In this document: positions 24,534 through 37,182 of the stretch, in pieces
Position numbering within the stretch: position 1 is the stretch's first letter
Layout: every line of letters begins with the position of its first letter
Assembly (NCBI RefSeq): GCF_006345805.1
Contig: NC_043013.1
Location: forward strand, 19,840,001-19,904,000
Source of the DNA: Octopus sinensis
Lineage: Eukaryota
DNA: 64,000 nt
Reading direction: 5' to 3'
The notes under the pieces: generated by a model
What the model was told of the DNA's origin: nothing
Database searches by the model: none
The model's input: only the letters and a program-made list of their open reading frames with translations
Position numbers and translations under genes: made by a program

Positions 24534-25509
24534 ATATATATATATATATAATATATATATATATACATATATATATATAAATATATATGTGTGTGTCTGT
24601 GTCTGTGTGGGTGTGTGTGTATATTTATATATACATACACACACTTCGTTTTATCTATCACCTCTGTCATAATTTCTCATAAATTCACTGACAAACATGA
24701 CACAAACAGACACCATTAACACGGTGACCAGACATTTTAACGTTCATCTTGTTTTTAAAGAATCGGTGGAGAACTGCAAAATTGCGATGGCCCTAGCGGA
24801 TTGGATAATGGCCATTCATTGAAACAATGCCCCGCATGCTTTTAGTCAGGTAGTACATCACTTCTGTAACTATTGACATGGCGACTATAAACCAAATATG
24901 GAAATAGAGATAGAGAATAAAAAGAAACGCAGAATGACGGAAGGGAGAACCGATTTTATTACAAACTGACGAGTTGTTTAGTAACTAAAAGTACTGCTTT
25001 CGAATCCGTACAACGCAGTAAAATATGACTTGTCTAAAGTAGTGATTTTGAACAAGTGATAATGCACATAGTTTAGAGAGCATATAAATTTTGGATATTT
25101 GAGTTTCGATCACGATACAGCCTAATTTCCACACATTTATAACTTTAGCCTTGTTTTCTCTTTCTTTTTTAATATATTTGTTACCTTAATTCCAACACTA
25201 CTCGATAATCTGAAACCAGGGAGTGTGTTAATATTATTCCTTGATATCTTCTGCCGAAAGTAGAATTTGTTTCTCACACGAATTCGTACAAAGATCCACC
25301 AATCTACAGATACCAGATTTTTACATCCACATTCGGGATGTACTAATACAGTGCGTAGCAGATTGCACAAATCCAAATATTAACTGCCAAGACAACGTCA
25401 CCACTAACACAATTTTATATTGGTCTACAACAGATACTTCGGAAATAAGATATTATCAACATAACCATGCATTTATTTTAATGGAAGATGAGCTGCATCA
25501 TTATTGAAA

Positions 25510-25790
25510 TACGTTTGGCAGTTGAAAGAAGCAGAGTCTGTCATTTTAAAACTTCAATCGCCGATTTAAAGTTTTGACGACCCTTACATGCATTTCATAC
25601 GTGATCCTTTTCGTTCAAGTTTACGTTAGCAGCACCGTTTAAAGGTTGGTAGTTGGTTCTTGCTGCTCATGTTACCTTTCCAATCAATGTATCTGATTAC
25701 AATTTTGAGACATGCGGCATAGTGCTTTGGAGAGATAGTATCTCCTTGTATGACGCCATTAGATGCGTTGGCAGAGACGGTTGTTTTTTG
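25510..25790 (-). mobile_element. RTE reverse-transcriptase fragment
   Basis: GVIQGDTISPKHYAACLKIVIRYIDWKG, which corresponds to the RT GVRQGD.ISP motif. Confidence 0.7.
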
Positions 25791-26499
25791 TAGATATTCT
25801 GCGAAGTTCTTATTTCATAACGTTTATATGATTGCAAACATAATACCAGAAAAAAACATTGCTTATCTCTTATTTACAGAGATCACTACTTCTAAACCGT
25901 TACAAATAGCATCTCTTGTTCAGTATTAACAATTTTTTCACAAATACAAATAGTTTTTCTATTTTTTATAGAAAATCATGTTTTGCATATGTTTTGTATT
26001 TCCCTCTATAAAAAATACTATTTTCAAAACAAATTGTTTTTTTTATTCTTTATTTTACAAACCACAAACAATGTCAAAACCAGTAATATTCCTTTGATAT
26101 CTTTCGCTAAACAACTAGTGCTTACAATGCAATGCTCAACATATTCTTCATGCAGTTTATATATTTAGTTCAATGCTTTATATACCATAACCGTCTCAAG
26201 ATCTCGGGATAATTCCAAGTTAGGAATTGTAGAATTTCAGCTTCAGTTACACATATGGTTCTACTTTTAGTATTGAGAGCTCTTTTTTTTTCATCTTGTT
26301 TAACGTGATTACAGAAAAGAAATATGTATGCATCTATGTTTATGTGCATGTGTGTATATGTGTGTATGGGGATTTGTATGCGCGCATGTCTGTATACATG
26401 TACGAATATATGTATATATGTACATATGTGTGTGAGTGTATGCGTGTGTACGCGCGTGTGAATGTGTGGATAAGTATGGATACGTGTATTTCTAGCAGT

Positions 26500-27480
26500 T
26501 AGCCTTTGACTTGTGTGCAGTCGTTCTCCCTTCTCTGTATCTTCGAGGTAATCCACTTCACTCTTGTGCATAAGAACTCAGATATGATGGTGTTGTTGAT
26601 GAGAATAGCACATAGATCCCTGTCTAGCTGTACTTTGAGTATGTCTTTCATCGACGCAACCACATTCCACCCTACTCTTACTCTACAGGATATGTCTGTG
26701 ATCATATTTCAGTATATTTTTACAGTTTGTTCCAGGAAGGCGCACTGCCCCATCTCTTTCTCAAATTTAACACTCGTTTGCTTTGTGCTGCGCTTTCGCA
26801 CCTTTGTACTTCGTTTTCATTCAGTTTGTTTTAAAACCTACAGCTGAACTCTGGGTATCCGACACTGTGAGCATGGTCTACAACTGACTTTAGGTTTCTG
26901 TGATGTGTAGGATGAACGTCTCCGAATAAAAACTATTAGTAGCTCGTTATTGATGTTGATGTCGCCTTTCCAAATCAATGTCTCTAATTACCCTTTCAGA
27001 ACGTGCGTTGAAGAGCTTCGGAGAGATGGCTTCATTCTTTGACATCCTCCCCGCCCAGAACTATTACGGGAGATGACAGTTTGTTGACAGCAGTGCTACA
27101 TTAAATGTTTGACTCCCTGAGAAGTTTAATATATTGTATTTTAAATCTTTATATCCCCAGGGACTGCATTCTACTCAATACAATCAAAGAGATTTTCAAA
27201 AGCGACACAAAGAGACAGCTGATATTCATTGGTTCGTACTAGAATAGTGTAAAAGGGAATAGCTGGCCTATCAAACTGTATTACATTTGAAAGCCCTACT
27301 TGCTAACCTGGGTTCTGGTCGTTGAGTTGCATCGACAGTTTGGTGACTATCACCTTTGTCAAACAAGAAGAATAAAAGGCGATAGCTTCTCAGTTATTCC
27401 CAATAAGCCTTATTATAAAGTAACATGGTATTCGACTCCTACAACAAGGCAAGGTTTCCCCTCTTTCGACTATCAACTGT
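26500..27480 (-). mobile_element. RTE LINE RT fragment (heavily mutated)
   Basis: NEYQLSLCVAF..FDCIE; LIWKGDININNELL; RVGWNVVASMKDILKVQLDRD, all matching RTE RT and post-RT motifs. Confidence 0.75.
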
Positions 27481-27879
27481 AACGTAGGGGAAGAGTTTTC
27501 TGCAGTAATTCTCCACCACTCCTTAATATTTCCGTTCCCACACCATTTTTACGAACAAATTTATCTTTCTTCCTCTTTTTTAATCATTGTCCATTTCACT
27601 GATTAGAAGAATTGGCACAAAACATCTGACGGTGAAGAATCGAGTGACACTGAAGGTTGGAAAAGATTGCTGTAAACGGTCTCACAGACCTCAAGTTTCA
27701 GTTTTTCCATCAACCTCACACACCGAGACAGACATGCACATATATGTGCACATGTATGTATGTATGTATGTATGTATGTATGTATGTATGTATGTATGTA
27801 TGTATGTAGGTAGGTATATGTTTATACATAATACACACATACATACATTAGAGTATACTATTGTATGTAATGATGGTTT

Positions 27880-28085
27880 CACATTTTGGACCAGGCCAGG
27901 TATCTTTGGAGAAGGGGAAGTTGACATCACCAATCCCAGCATTTGAATGGTACATATTTTATCGACGCCGTAAGGATGAAAAGCAAAGTCGACCCAGTTG
28001 GAGTCTGAATTCAGGACGTAAAGACAAACAAAATAGCGCTTGCTAAGTATTTTGCCCACCGTGCAAATCCTCTTGCAAATTCGCC
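27880..28085 (-). mobile_element. SINE family A
   Basis: Reverse complement of the core: ttatcgac..aaggatgaaaagcaaagtcgacc. Confidence 0.75.
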
Positions 28086-28386
28086 ACATTATTCATTGTA
28101 TGTAATGATGCAGTGTATTTTTCATCACTATGCACACACGTACATATATATGTGGTTGTATGTTTGTACTTGTGTACATACACCCACACATACATAAACA
28201 CACACGCACACACACTCATATATGCAGTGGCGTTGCTCTGCTTAAGAAATTTGCTTCTCAACCACATGTTTTGGGATTCACTCCCACTCCGTGGTACCTT
28301 GGATTACTGCTTTCTTCTGCTGCCCAGGGCCAACTAAATTCTCGTGAGTGGATTAGCTAGACGAAAACTGAGAGACATCCGTCGTG

Positions 28387-29023
28387 CGAGGGTCTCACGT
28401 TACGTTTATAAGCTGGTCAAGATACCAATATAAGGTTACTTTTCAACATAATCTCTTTTGCGCTCAACACACTTTTTTCTTCGGTTTTGCAGTACCCGGA
28501 TCTCATTGGTGTAGAAGCCTTCATCCTGTTGTTCAAAATAATATATACAAAGTCGTCATCACTGCGATGCTGGCTCCCAGCAAAGAGTTTTTCATATCAT
28601 GAACCAGGCAACCATCAGACGGGGCCAAACCAGGAGAATAGGAAGGCTGGCCAACCAGTTCAACGACAGTCACACACAAAAGCCATTGAATCTAAGGATA
28701 TGTGTGAGAGAGAATTGTCCTCATGCAACGACCACGTCAGCACTCAGAATGAATGTTGTTCCGGGTGTGGGTGGTAATGGGTGTAGTTTTAAACCAATTT
28801 TCTGCATCTACGTGATGACACCACGATGCCAAATTTTGTCCTTTTTGAAGAGGAATCACTACTAGTTATATTTGAAATCTTCTTTGAAAAGTTACATGTC
28901 AGTTTACCTGGAATTAAACGATATAGTTATCAATAAGAAGAGGTGAAATGCAATCCTTCACGTTTCTAGCACCATTCTTTCGTAGTCAGCCTATGAACAT
29001 TTCGCTCCATCCTCGAGTGTGTG

Positions 29024-29030
<7 letters not shown>
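28387..29030 (+). mobile_element. Degenerate mariner-like remnant
   Basis: Begins CGAGGGTC..ACTTTTCAACATAATCTC, resembling a mariner terminus. Weak GCGW../PNFVLF similarity to the transposase C-terminus. Confidence 0.3.
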
Positions 29031-29064
<34 letters not shown>

Positions 29065-29065
29065 A

Positions 29066-29431
29066 CACTCTTTTGCTTTGTGCTGCGCTTTCGCACCTTT
29101 GTACTTCGTTTTCATTCAGTTTGTTTTAAAACCTACAGCTGAACTCTGGGTATCCGACACTGTGAGCATGGTCTACTTGAGGTTTCTGTGATGAGTAGGA
29201 TGAACGTCTCCGAATCAAAACTGTATTAGTAGCTCGTTATTGATGTTGATGTCGCCTTTCCAAATCAATGTCTCTAATTACCCTTTCAGAACGTGCGTTG
29301 AAGAGCTGCGGAGAGATGGCGTCATTCTTTGACATCCTCCCCGCCCAGAACTATTACGCGAGATGACAGTTTGTCGACAGCAGTGCTACATTAAATATTT
29401 AACTCCCTGAGAAGTTTAATATATTGTATTT
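29066..29431. repeat. Direct duplicate (about 95%) of 26771-27141
   Basis: Read directly: same sequence with a 7-nt and a 2-nt indel and a few substitutions; flanked by TA arrays. Confidence 0.95.
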
Positions 29432-30250
29432 ATATATATATATATATATATATATAGGTGTGTGTGTGTGCGTGCGTGTGTGTGTGTGTGTGTATTTGTC
29501 ACCACCAGCTTTTTACAATCGGTGTTGGTTTGTTTACGTTTAGTGATTCGGCAAAAAAAAAAAAGGACTGACGGAATAAATGAAAATAAGTACAATGGTA
29601 AACTTGTTTGATCAAACCCTTCAAACCCTTTAACAGAAACAAGTAAGAGATGAAAGTGATGTGTGTATGTGTGCATGTGTATGTGCGTATGTGTGCTTAT
29701 ACGTGTAAATTGATATGCATGCGTTTGCGTTTATGCGTATGTAAAAAGAGAGAGAACAGGAGAGAGGGAGAGAGAGATAAAGAGAAAGGGAGATAAAGAG
29801 ACAGACGGATGGATAGATAGAGAGAGATAGAGAGAGAGAGAGAGAACGAGTGAAGCAGGGGAGCGGAGTATGTTGTTGCAAGCAATGATGTAATGATGTT
29901 TTCTACATGACAATTCAAGGCGGTTTAACATTTGCCGTATTTGGGGGATTAATATTCTGTTATCCGGGTTTAAGCTATCATATCGACCTATAGCATGGCT
30001 TATTTCAAGAAGTCTGCAATCGAAAAATATTGATTTCTTCTTGACTTAATGATACTATGATGACGATGATGACGATGATGACGATGATGACGATGATGAC
30101 GATGATGATGATGATGATGATGATGATGGTGACTGTTATGATGACTGTGATGGTGATGATAATGACCATGATCAAAATGTAAATGCTGTTATTGCTTTTC
30201 TTCCCCATATGTCTAAAAGAGGACATTGTTATTGTTAGTATGAGTGGAAA

Positions 30251-30320
<70 letters not shown>

Positions 30321-30321
30321 T

Positions 30322-32230
30322 CTTTCAGGGATAACTTCCTCTCAGCCTATTTCCGGTGAGAATGGCCAACTTGTCTGTCAGCTTCCAAGTATTGTTGGCC
30401 GACGATATCAAAAGCTTTCAAATAGATCAGGGCCCCACGCATACCAGGTTCTTTACCAACACTCTGTATGATGTATCGCGTGAGGTGGAGGTTTTCGTGT
30501 ATAATTTTGCTGGGGATAGCACAAGTCTGCACATCACCCACCAGTCTGTCAACGAGAAGCGGCAACCACTTTGCTAACACCACGTCCAAAATTGTGTAAT
30601 CTGTATTTAGCAGAGTTACCGGCCTAACGTTATCAACAATGTCCCCCTTGTTCGACCGGTGTTCTCTATCCTGGTCCTACCGACGGCTATTTCATCCAGA
30701 CTTAGCCACCTGAGGTCGCTGCGCAAGCGTCCTTGCTTCCACGACTCCCCCAGGCCACGTACATTTATACAGCCTACCTTAAGAACCGCCATGTTGGCAA
30801 GGAAGTAAGGAATAGAAAAAATGAGTGACACGTACCCACCTGGTGAGGTTTGTGGTCGAGTGGTTCTCCTACCCTGTCTGTTTTATTGGGTTTCTCTGGG
30901 GCCTCCCTAAAAAACCATACGCTGGCCGTAACCAATGTCATACGGTTAGCTCCGCTTAATGCTCGTATAGAACTCTAACGTCATTCGCACCATCATTAGG
31001 CTCTCCAGTACTCTAAAAGTGTTGGGGCTGTAGATCAACCCCTCTGTTTCAATGTTCTCGTTTCGTGATATGAGAGGCATCGCTTTTCATTGGCCCTCCT
31101 CACTAGCACGAAATTCCACTGCTGCGCGGATGGTTGTTGTTGTAATGACATTTTTCTTTTTAAAGTTTGTTGTGTTTTTGATTCTGTTGTGGGTGTTTCT
31201 GATGGTGATGGTAACTGTGGTGCTTGTAATGCTGGAGTTGTCATCAGTATGTCTGTGTTTACAGTCACTTGGATTTCTCTCTTTTTTCTGTGTCTCTTTT
31301 TTTTTTACATTTTTGGGCTTTCTCCTCCTCATCACTTGGATGCCATATCATCAGTGTTTCTTCTGGTGTGTGTTCTGCTTCTTTTGTAGTTGTTGTTGTT
31401 GTTTCTCCTGCTACTGTAGCTTCTGCCACTGCTGTTAGTGCTACTCCCACTGCCACCTTCACTGTAACAGCTGACTGTTTTGTCTCCTTGGGTTAAATTT
31501 CTCTTACTATTTCCCTACCTTTCTGTTGTTGATTTTGTCGATTCATGTGTTGTGGTGCTTTCGTTTGGATATTCTTTCTGCCCTTCTATTCTGGTTCTGC
31601 GGGTAGGAAAAATGTAAGTGGCCCGTTGAACCACAATCGTGGCACCTCGGCCTTCTGCCCTCTACGTTTATCCTTAGTTCTACTCCGTTCGAGGGAGAAA
31701 TCAGGTTTGATCTCGCGTCGAGGAGAACCTTCAGGTAGTCCCAACCCAATTCTCCCTCCTCGATCCTGTAACACCCAGGAGATTCTCTCCGTCGTCCGTA
31801 CAAATACAGGCGAGAATCTACCATAAATCCAAGCTTGGTGGGACACCAGTCGTAGTAGTACTAGTCGTAGTAGTACTGTTACATGTTACTCTTGCGTTTT
31901 CTACTGAACCACAAGTATTTTAGGGGCAGAAAAATTATTGTTCCTTCATCTCTGAAAGTTCTTTTCATATCGATCCTCATATTGATTCAAAAAAATTTTC
32001 ATAGAGTTTTAGTTGAACCAAGTATAGGGATTCCTTCCTCTCTAACTCTTCGCTCCCATATTAAGGCCTACTTTTCCAAGTTTAGCTCACGGCAAAGCCC
32101 CAATAAACGTTGCCAACTATAGTCCCCAAAGCCCTAATAATCGTTGCCACTATGTTCCTCAAAGACCCAGTAATCGTTGCCACTATAGTCCCCAAAGCCC
32201 CAATAATCGTTGTCACTATCATGACTGTTA
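30322..32230 (-). mobile_element. Tx1/L1-clade non-LTR retrotransposon, internally deleted and 3'-truncated
   Basis: ORF1 remnant with zinc knuckle RCHDCGSTGHLHFSY (about 31602-31648; last C mutated); APE start MAVLKVGCINVRGL (ATG 30792); RT piece LVGDVQTCAIP..HENLHL..GALIYLKAFD (30347-30589). Confidence 0.85.
32093..32222. repeat. 33-34 bp tandem repeat, about 4 copies, at the 5' end of the Tx1 element
   Basis: CAAAGCCCCAATAATCGTTGCCACTATAGTCCC units read directly. Confidence 0.85.
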
Positions 32231-33149
32231 AGTTCTCTGCCACAATAGCTGAGAATTTCCTACTTCAAAGTTACTATAAATATTCTACTTCTTTGTTTTT
32301 GATTATAGTATTAAATAGACTTGCTATGCCGATTACAAGACCCTAGTATTAAAAATTGCAAGCGCAAGACAAAGATTCTTGTAGTACGTAGTTGTTTTAT
32401 GAGCTCGAAGGTCTTCTACAATATGTTCAGATCTTTTCATCACAAACTTCTACATCAGGTATAATGTGAAGGTTTTTACGCAGAAATTGCGTGAGGATGA
32501 ATGACTGTTCTTGTTATTGGGATGGTTGACTTAATCCTTTATGATCTGGTTTAGTTCCATTACCTGGCTGTTTGGTGTCCTTAGCAGAGAACATCCTGCT
32601 GCAAGAACTCGGGATAGGTTTTCCGAGAAAGCATAACTTCTTCTCTCCTGCTAGCCCCAGCGACCCTGTAAGAGGATCACCGGCACTACAGTTCCTCATT
32701 TCACTAAAAAAAAATTTGAAAAAAATACGATAAGAACAACACATAATTCGTCAGAATATATACGATACTTTAGCAGCTCTAGCGACCGAATTTGGAATAT
32801 TTCTATAGAGAGAAAGAATTATTTAAGATAGATCACTCTAGAATGCTGTCAGAATGAAGAAGAAATTGGGCTATTGATCCCTTCCATTTTCTCCGTTCCA
32901 GATCCGACTTAACTGAAGTGGTTGGAATTAATGTGTAGAGGCGTTTTCTTTAAATAGAATTCTTTGTTGTTTCGTTATGTTTCTTTGTTATTTGTCTTTT
33001 GGGTTTTACTTTTGTAGTTGTATCGAAAAAGTTCATGTAACATTTACCAAAGACATTGTTTACCGCACGTGCCGCAGACGTGAGACATTTCCAAAGAACA
33101 TGTTTTTACGTTGCTCGAAGAAACAAAACAACGCGAAGAACACGCTGTT

Positions 33150-34830
33150 TCTGTTAGTTATTATTGTTACTGTTGGTGTTGTTGCTGATGTTGGTGGTTG
33201 TGGTGGTGGTGGTGGTGGTGGTGGTGGTGGTGGTGGTAGTGATGGAGCTGTTGGCGGTGGTTGGTGGGTGTGGCATTGTTGCTGCTGTTGCAATTTTTGT
33301 TATTGCTTTTGTTTGTTCTGTTTTGTTGTTGTTGTTGTTATTGTTGTTTTTCTGGTTGATATGATGATTATCGTGAAAGTTTTTGTTTTTTTTCCTTTTC
33401 TGAGATTCTATAATGTTTAAAGGGCATCTGTGGAAGGTGTTGCGGCAAATGTTTTGGAAACGAGAGAAACAAACAAGCGAGATAAGGGAGAGAGAGAAAG
33501 AGAAGAAGGAAAGAAAGAAAGAAAGAAAGAAAGAAGAAAGAAAGAATGGAAGGAAGAAAGAAAGGAAACGAAAGGTGGACGAAAATATTAGGGAAATAGA
33601 GAAAACAGAAAATTTTATAAAAAAAAAGAAAGTAAAAAAGAAGAGTGAGAGAAAAAAGGTATAAAAAGCATATTTAGAAGATGAAGAAGAGAAGAAGAAG
33701 AAGAAGAAGAAGAAGAAGAAGAAGAGAAGAGAAGAAGAAGAAGAAAGAAGAAGGGAAGGGAGGGAGGGAAGGAGGTGGATGAGGGGTATGAAGGGATGGT
33801 GGAGGAAGAGGAGGAAGAGGAGAAGGAGAGAAAGGGAGGAGGAAAAGACGGGAGGAAGGGAGGAGGACAATAGGAAGAAGAGAAGGAGAAGAGAACTAGT
33901 AGCAAAGGAGTAGGAGAATGAGGAGAAGAAGGAGGAGGAGAATGGAGGAGGGGTTGGCTGAGGAAGAGGGGTATAGTGGAGAAGGATGAGGATGCAGGAG
34001 GATACTGAAAGATGGAAGAGGAGGAGACGAAGGCGGAAGTGGCGAAAGAGGAGGTTCCTAGGCTAATCCACCTAAGTAAAATGCAAACCAACTCTTTGAA
34101 TGAAATATTGCCAGTTTGTATCTGCGTGGTCGAGCGATATCCAATCAATATTGGAGGCTGGGAAGTGTGATATTAATAATATTGTATCGATATATTTAGC
34201 CCTGGGTCGTCATTCAGCTTTAATTTCTTCGCACTGTGAAATGGAAACCTACACTGGTTGACTGGTTAGTGAGGATTTTATGAATAGGGGAAAAATGTGG
34301 GGGCGGCGGGTACTGGTGCGGATGCGTGGGGATGGATGCTGGTGTCGCTGGTTGTTGTATTGGAAGGGGTGATGGTGATGGTGGTTTGGGGAGTAGTTGC
34401 GTTGGTGTTGGTGGTGGCGGTAGCAGCGGAAGTTGAGGCGGCGTCTGAGCGGCGACGTCTGAGGTAGTGGCGGCATTAGCGATGTTGGCGTCAGTTTCGA
34501 TGTTGGCACCGGTGACGACGGTGGAGAAGCGGCGTCTGTGACGGTGGAGGCGATGTTACTGGCCGTTACGGTGGTGGTGGTGGTGGTGGTGGTGAGGGTG
34601 CCGTTGGCGTCATTAGTGATGGTGGCAACTGTCGTTGCGGTGGTGGTAATGATGATGGCGGAGGTGATGGTCAAGCGTTTATGTCACTGGCTTTTAGCTG
34701 GTGGCGGTGGAGGTGGTAGTGTTGGTGAATATTGTGGTGTAGTAGCGGAAGTGGTAGAAATGGAGAGTAGTAGTGTTAGTGATGTTGGTGCGGCTCCTAC
34801 AACAACAACAACCAGAAATACATCTATAAC
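33150..34830. repeat. Low-complexity block: (GGT)n, (GTT)n, a ~580-bp purine tract (33480-34060) and degenerate GGT/GAT repeats
   Basis: Direct reading; the ORFs here are homopolymeric artefacts. Confidence 0.85.
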
Positions 34831-35167
34831 AAATATATTCAAATGCCTATATAAGGTAACTAATTGTTGTGGCTTCGTCTTAGGCCAGCATTGAATCAAC
34901 AGATATAGGATTAAAAGGCAATCCATCCATGACCATCTCAACTTTTGCTATCTCCACAAAATCCAGGATGACATTATCCAACGTGTTCTCTAAGAGAAGT
35001 GGCGTCTGATGTTAAGATCTGACTGTTATTTCAAGCAGGTCTATCAACCACGCAGAAGACCTCCCTCGTGGGTCCAATGATGTCATTCAAAAGTAAAGTT
35101 GATTATTCGATGGCCTATGTCATATGACCAATAAACATGGATGATTATATAAGCGCTGCAAAATATT

Positions 35168-35375
35168 GGTTTTAAATTTTGGCACAAGGCCAGCAATTTT
35201 GAGGGAGGGGACCAGTCGATTACAACGACCCGACAGTGTTCAGATGGTATTTAATTTATCGATTCTGAAGGGATGAAAGACAAAGTCGACCTCAGTGGAA
35301 TTTGAACTCAGAACGTAAAGACGGACGAAATGCCACTAAGTATTTTGTCCGGGGCTCTAACGGTTCTGCTAGCTC
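35168..35375 (-). mobile_element. SINE family A
   Basis: ttttggcacaaggcc..gtcgattacaacgaccc..gggatgaaagacaaagtcgacctc..tgaactcagaacgtaaag. Confidence 0.8.
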
Positions 35376-35525
35376 ACTACTTTATGTCACCAATAAATAT
35401 TGATGACTCAATTAATCCAAGTCTATCATCAAAAACTTCCAACCGTGACCTTACGATATTTTGGGGCTATCCTAACTCGAAACATATTTAATCCGACCAA
35501 CAGGATGACAATAGTTAATCTAGAC

Positions 35526-35720
35526 CTTTGTTTTTCAACATTTTTAATGTCCGGGCAAGGTCGAAATCTGGATTTTTTTAGGGAGCCACACCAAAAATGT
35601 AAGACAGCTCAATTAAAGAAAGAAAAAGTATTATGTTTATAGAGAGAAGACGGTCGGGAGCAGCTGGAAGAACGCTTGAGGACTGAATGCGGCCCTGATA
35701 GCTGCGGTTGAGAACCGCTG
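35526..35720. mobile_element. hAT (Charlie-like) MITE, 195 bp
   Basis: Ends CTTTGTTTTTCAAC and GTTGAGAACCGCTG; 8-bp TSD ATCTAGAC / ATCTTGAC (7 of 8 match, NTCTAGAN type). Confidence 0.75.
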
Positions 35721-35751
35721 ATCTTGACCACAGCTGTAGGAAAGAAAGTTA

Positions 35752-36190
35752 TGTATTGGTTTCAAATGTTGGCAGCAGACCAGCAAGTTCGAGGCAGCGG
35801 CTAAGGGTCGATTACGTCAACCTCATTACTCAATTGGTAGTTATTTATTTATCAACCGCGAAAGGATGAAAGGCAAAATTGATCTAAGTGGAATATGAAC
35901 ACAGAACTTAAAGACAGACGAAATGCCTTTAACCTTTTTGCCCAGCGTGCATAACGATTCTTATTTCTTTACTACCCACAAGGGGCTAAACATAGAGAGG
36001 ACAAACAAGGACAGACACACGGATTAAGTCGATTACATCGATCCCAGTGCGTAACTGGTACTTATTTAATCGACCCCGAAACGGTGAAAGGCAAAGTTGA
36101 CCTCAGCGGAATTTGAACTCAGAACGTAGCGACAGACGAAATACTGCAGAGCATTTCACCCGGCGTGCTAACGTTTCTGCCAGCTCGCCA
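35752..36190 (-). mobile_element. SINE family A composite (two units)
   Basis: Two tandem reverse-complement cores, ending in the head ..gctaacgtttctgccagctcgcc. Confidence 0.85.
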
Positions 36191-36596
36191 CCTTATGCAG
36201 ATAAATATTTCAAGATAAAAACACACACACATCCTTCCATCCTTTCCATCCTTTCCATTCATCTTTTTTCATTTCCATTTTCTTCTCCGTACATCCCTCC
36301 GTACATCAATAAATACATATGCATACACACAGACACAGACACATATGATTTACTTTAAAACTAGACAGCTATTTCCGCATATTGTGTTCCGTCAGGGTTT
36401 GATAATTATATTGTGATTAAATAACACAACGCAGAAGTATTGTTTTCATGAGGAAAGAAATGATATTTATTTTGTGCTAATTGACACTTTGGTGCCTCAC
36501 TTCTTTTGAAATAAACACTTATTTAAATTTCGAGTCATCTCCTTTCTATTTGTTCGACTGATCTAAGCATTGTTTAACAATATATTACTTTCTTAA

Positions 36597-37175
36597 AGGT
36601 GCTCAGCTGGCCGAAACGTTAGCACGCCGGGCGAAATGCTTAGCGATACTTCGTCTGCCGCTAGGTTCTGAGTTCAAATTCCGCTGAGGTCGACTTTTCT
36701 TTCATCCTTTCGGGGTTGATAAATTAAGTACCAGTTACGCACTGGGGTCGATATAATCGACTTAATCCCTTTGTCTGTCCTTATTTGTCCTCTCTATGTT
36801 TAGCCCCTTGTGGGTAGAAAAGAAATAGGTATTTCGTCTGCCGCTACGTTCTGAGTTCAAATTCCGCCGAGGTCGACTTTGCCTTCCATGCTTTCGAGGT
36901 CGATAAATTGAGTACCAGTTACACACTGGGGTCGATGTAATCCACTAGTCCTCTTCCCCCAAATTTCAGGCGGATGAGGAGGAAAGGATTAAAGGCAGTG
37001 AGCTGGCGGAATCGTTAGCACATCGGACGATATACTTAGCGGTATTTCGCCCGTCTTTATGTTCCGCCCAAGTCCATATTGTCCTTCATTCTTTCGGGGT
37101 CTGTAGAATAAGTACCAATTGAGTACTGCAATGGTCTCACCTCCTCCCCTGAAATTGCTTGCCTTGCACATATAG
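36597..37175 (+). mobile_element. SINE family A composite (three core units)
   Basis: Cores at about 36680, 36865 and 37075, each gtcgac/gtccat..tttcatcctttcggggt..aagtacca. Confidence 0.85.
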
Positions 37176-37182
37176 TAGAAGG

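Larger units (their letters stand above)
28227..29600 (+). mobile_element. SINE family B (head 28227-28386, tail 29485-29600) with about 1.1 kb of nested insertions
   Basis: Head and tail are collinear and in the same orientation, separated by a mariner-like remnant and a duplicated RTE segment. Confidence 0.6.

Noticed and set aside
24945-24980. CTGACGA-GTTG..TAAC-TAAAAGTA hammerhead-like string
   Set aside because: G12 is absent (UAAA instead of GAAA) and there is no stem I; likely chance.
25241-25507. ORF with a PAN/apple-like LIQCVADC..NC pattern
   Set aside because: Only a three-Cys spacing resemblance, no strong splice sites, adjacent to RTE debris.
32093-32222. 33-bp repeats as a CRISPR-like array
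   Set aside because: Contiguous tandem units without unique spacers, in a eukaryotic context with no cas genes.
32553-32667. Plus-strand exon candidate ending CCT|GTAAGA
   Set aside because: Weak acceptor, no recognisable homology, and the opposite strand is equally open.
33154-34941. Poly-S/F/E/K/T/P/V ORFs, including 238 aa at 33154-33870
   Set aside because: Low-complexity trinucleotide and purine tracts open on both strands, with no splice or domain evidence.
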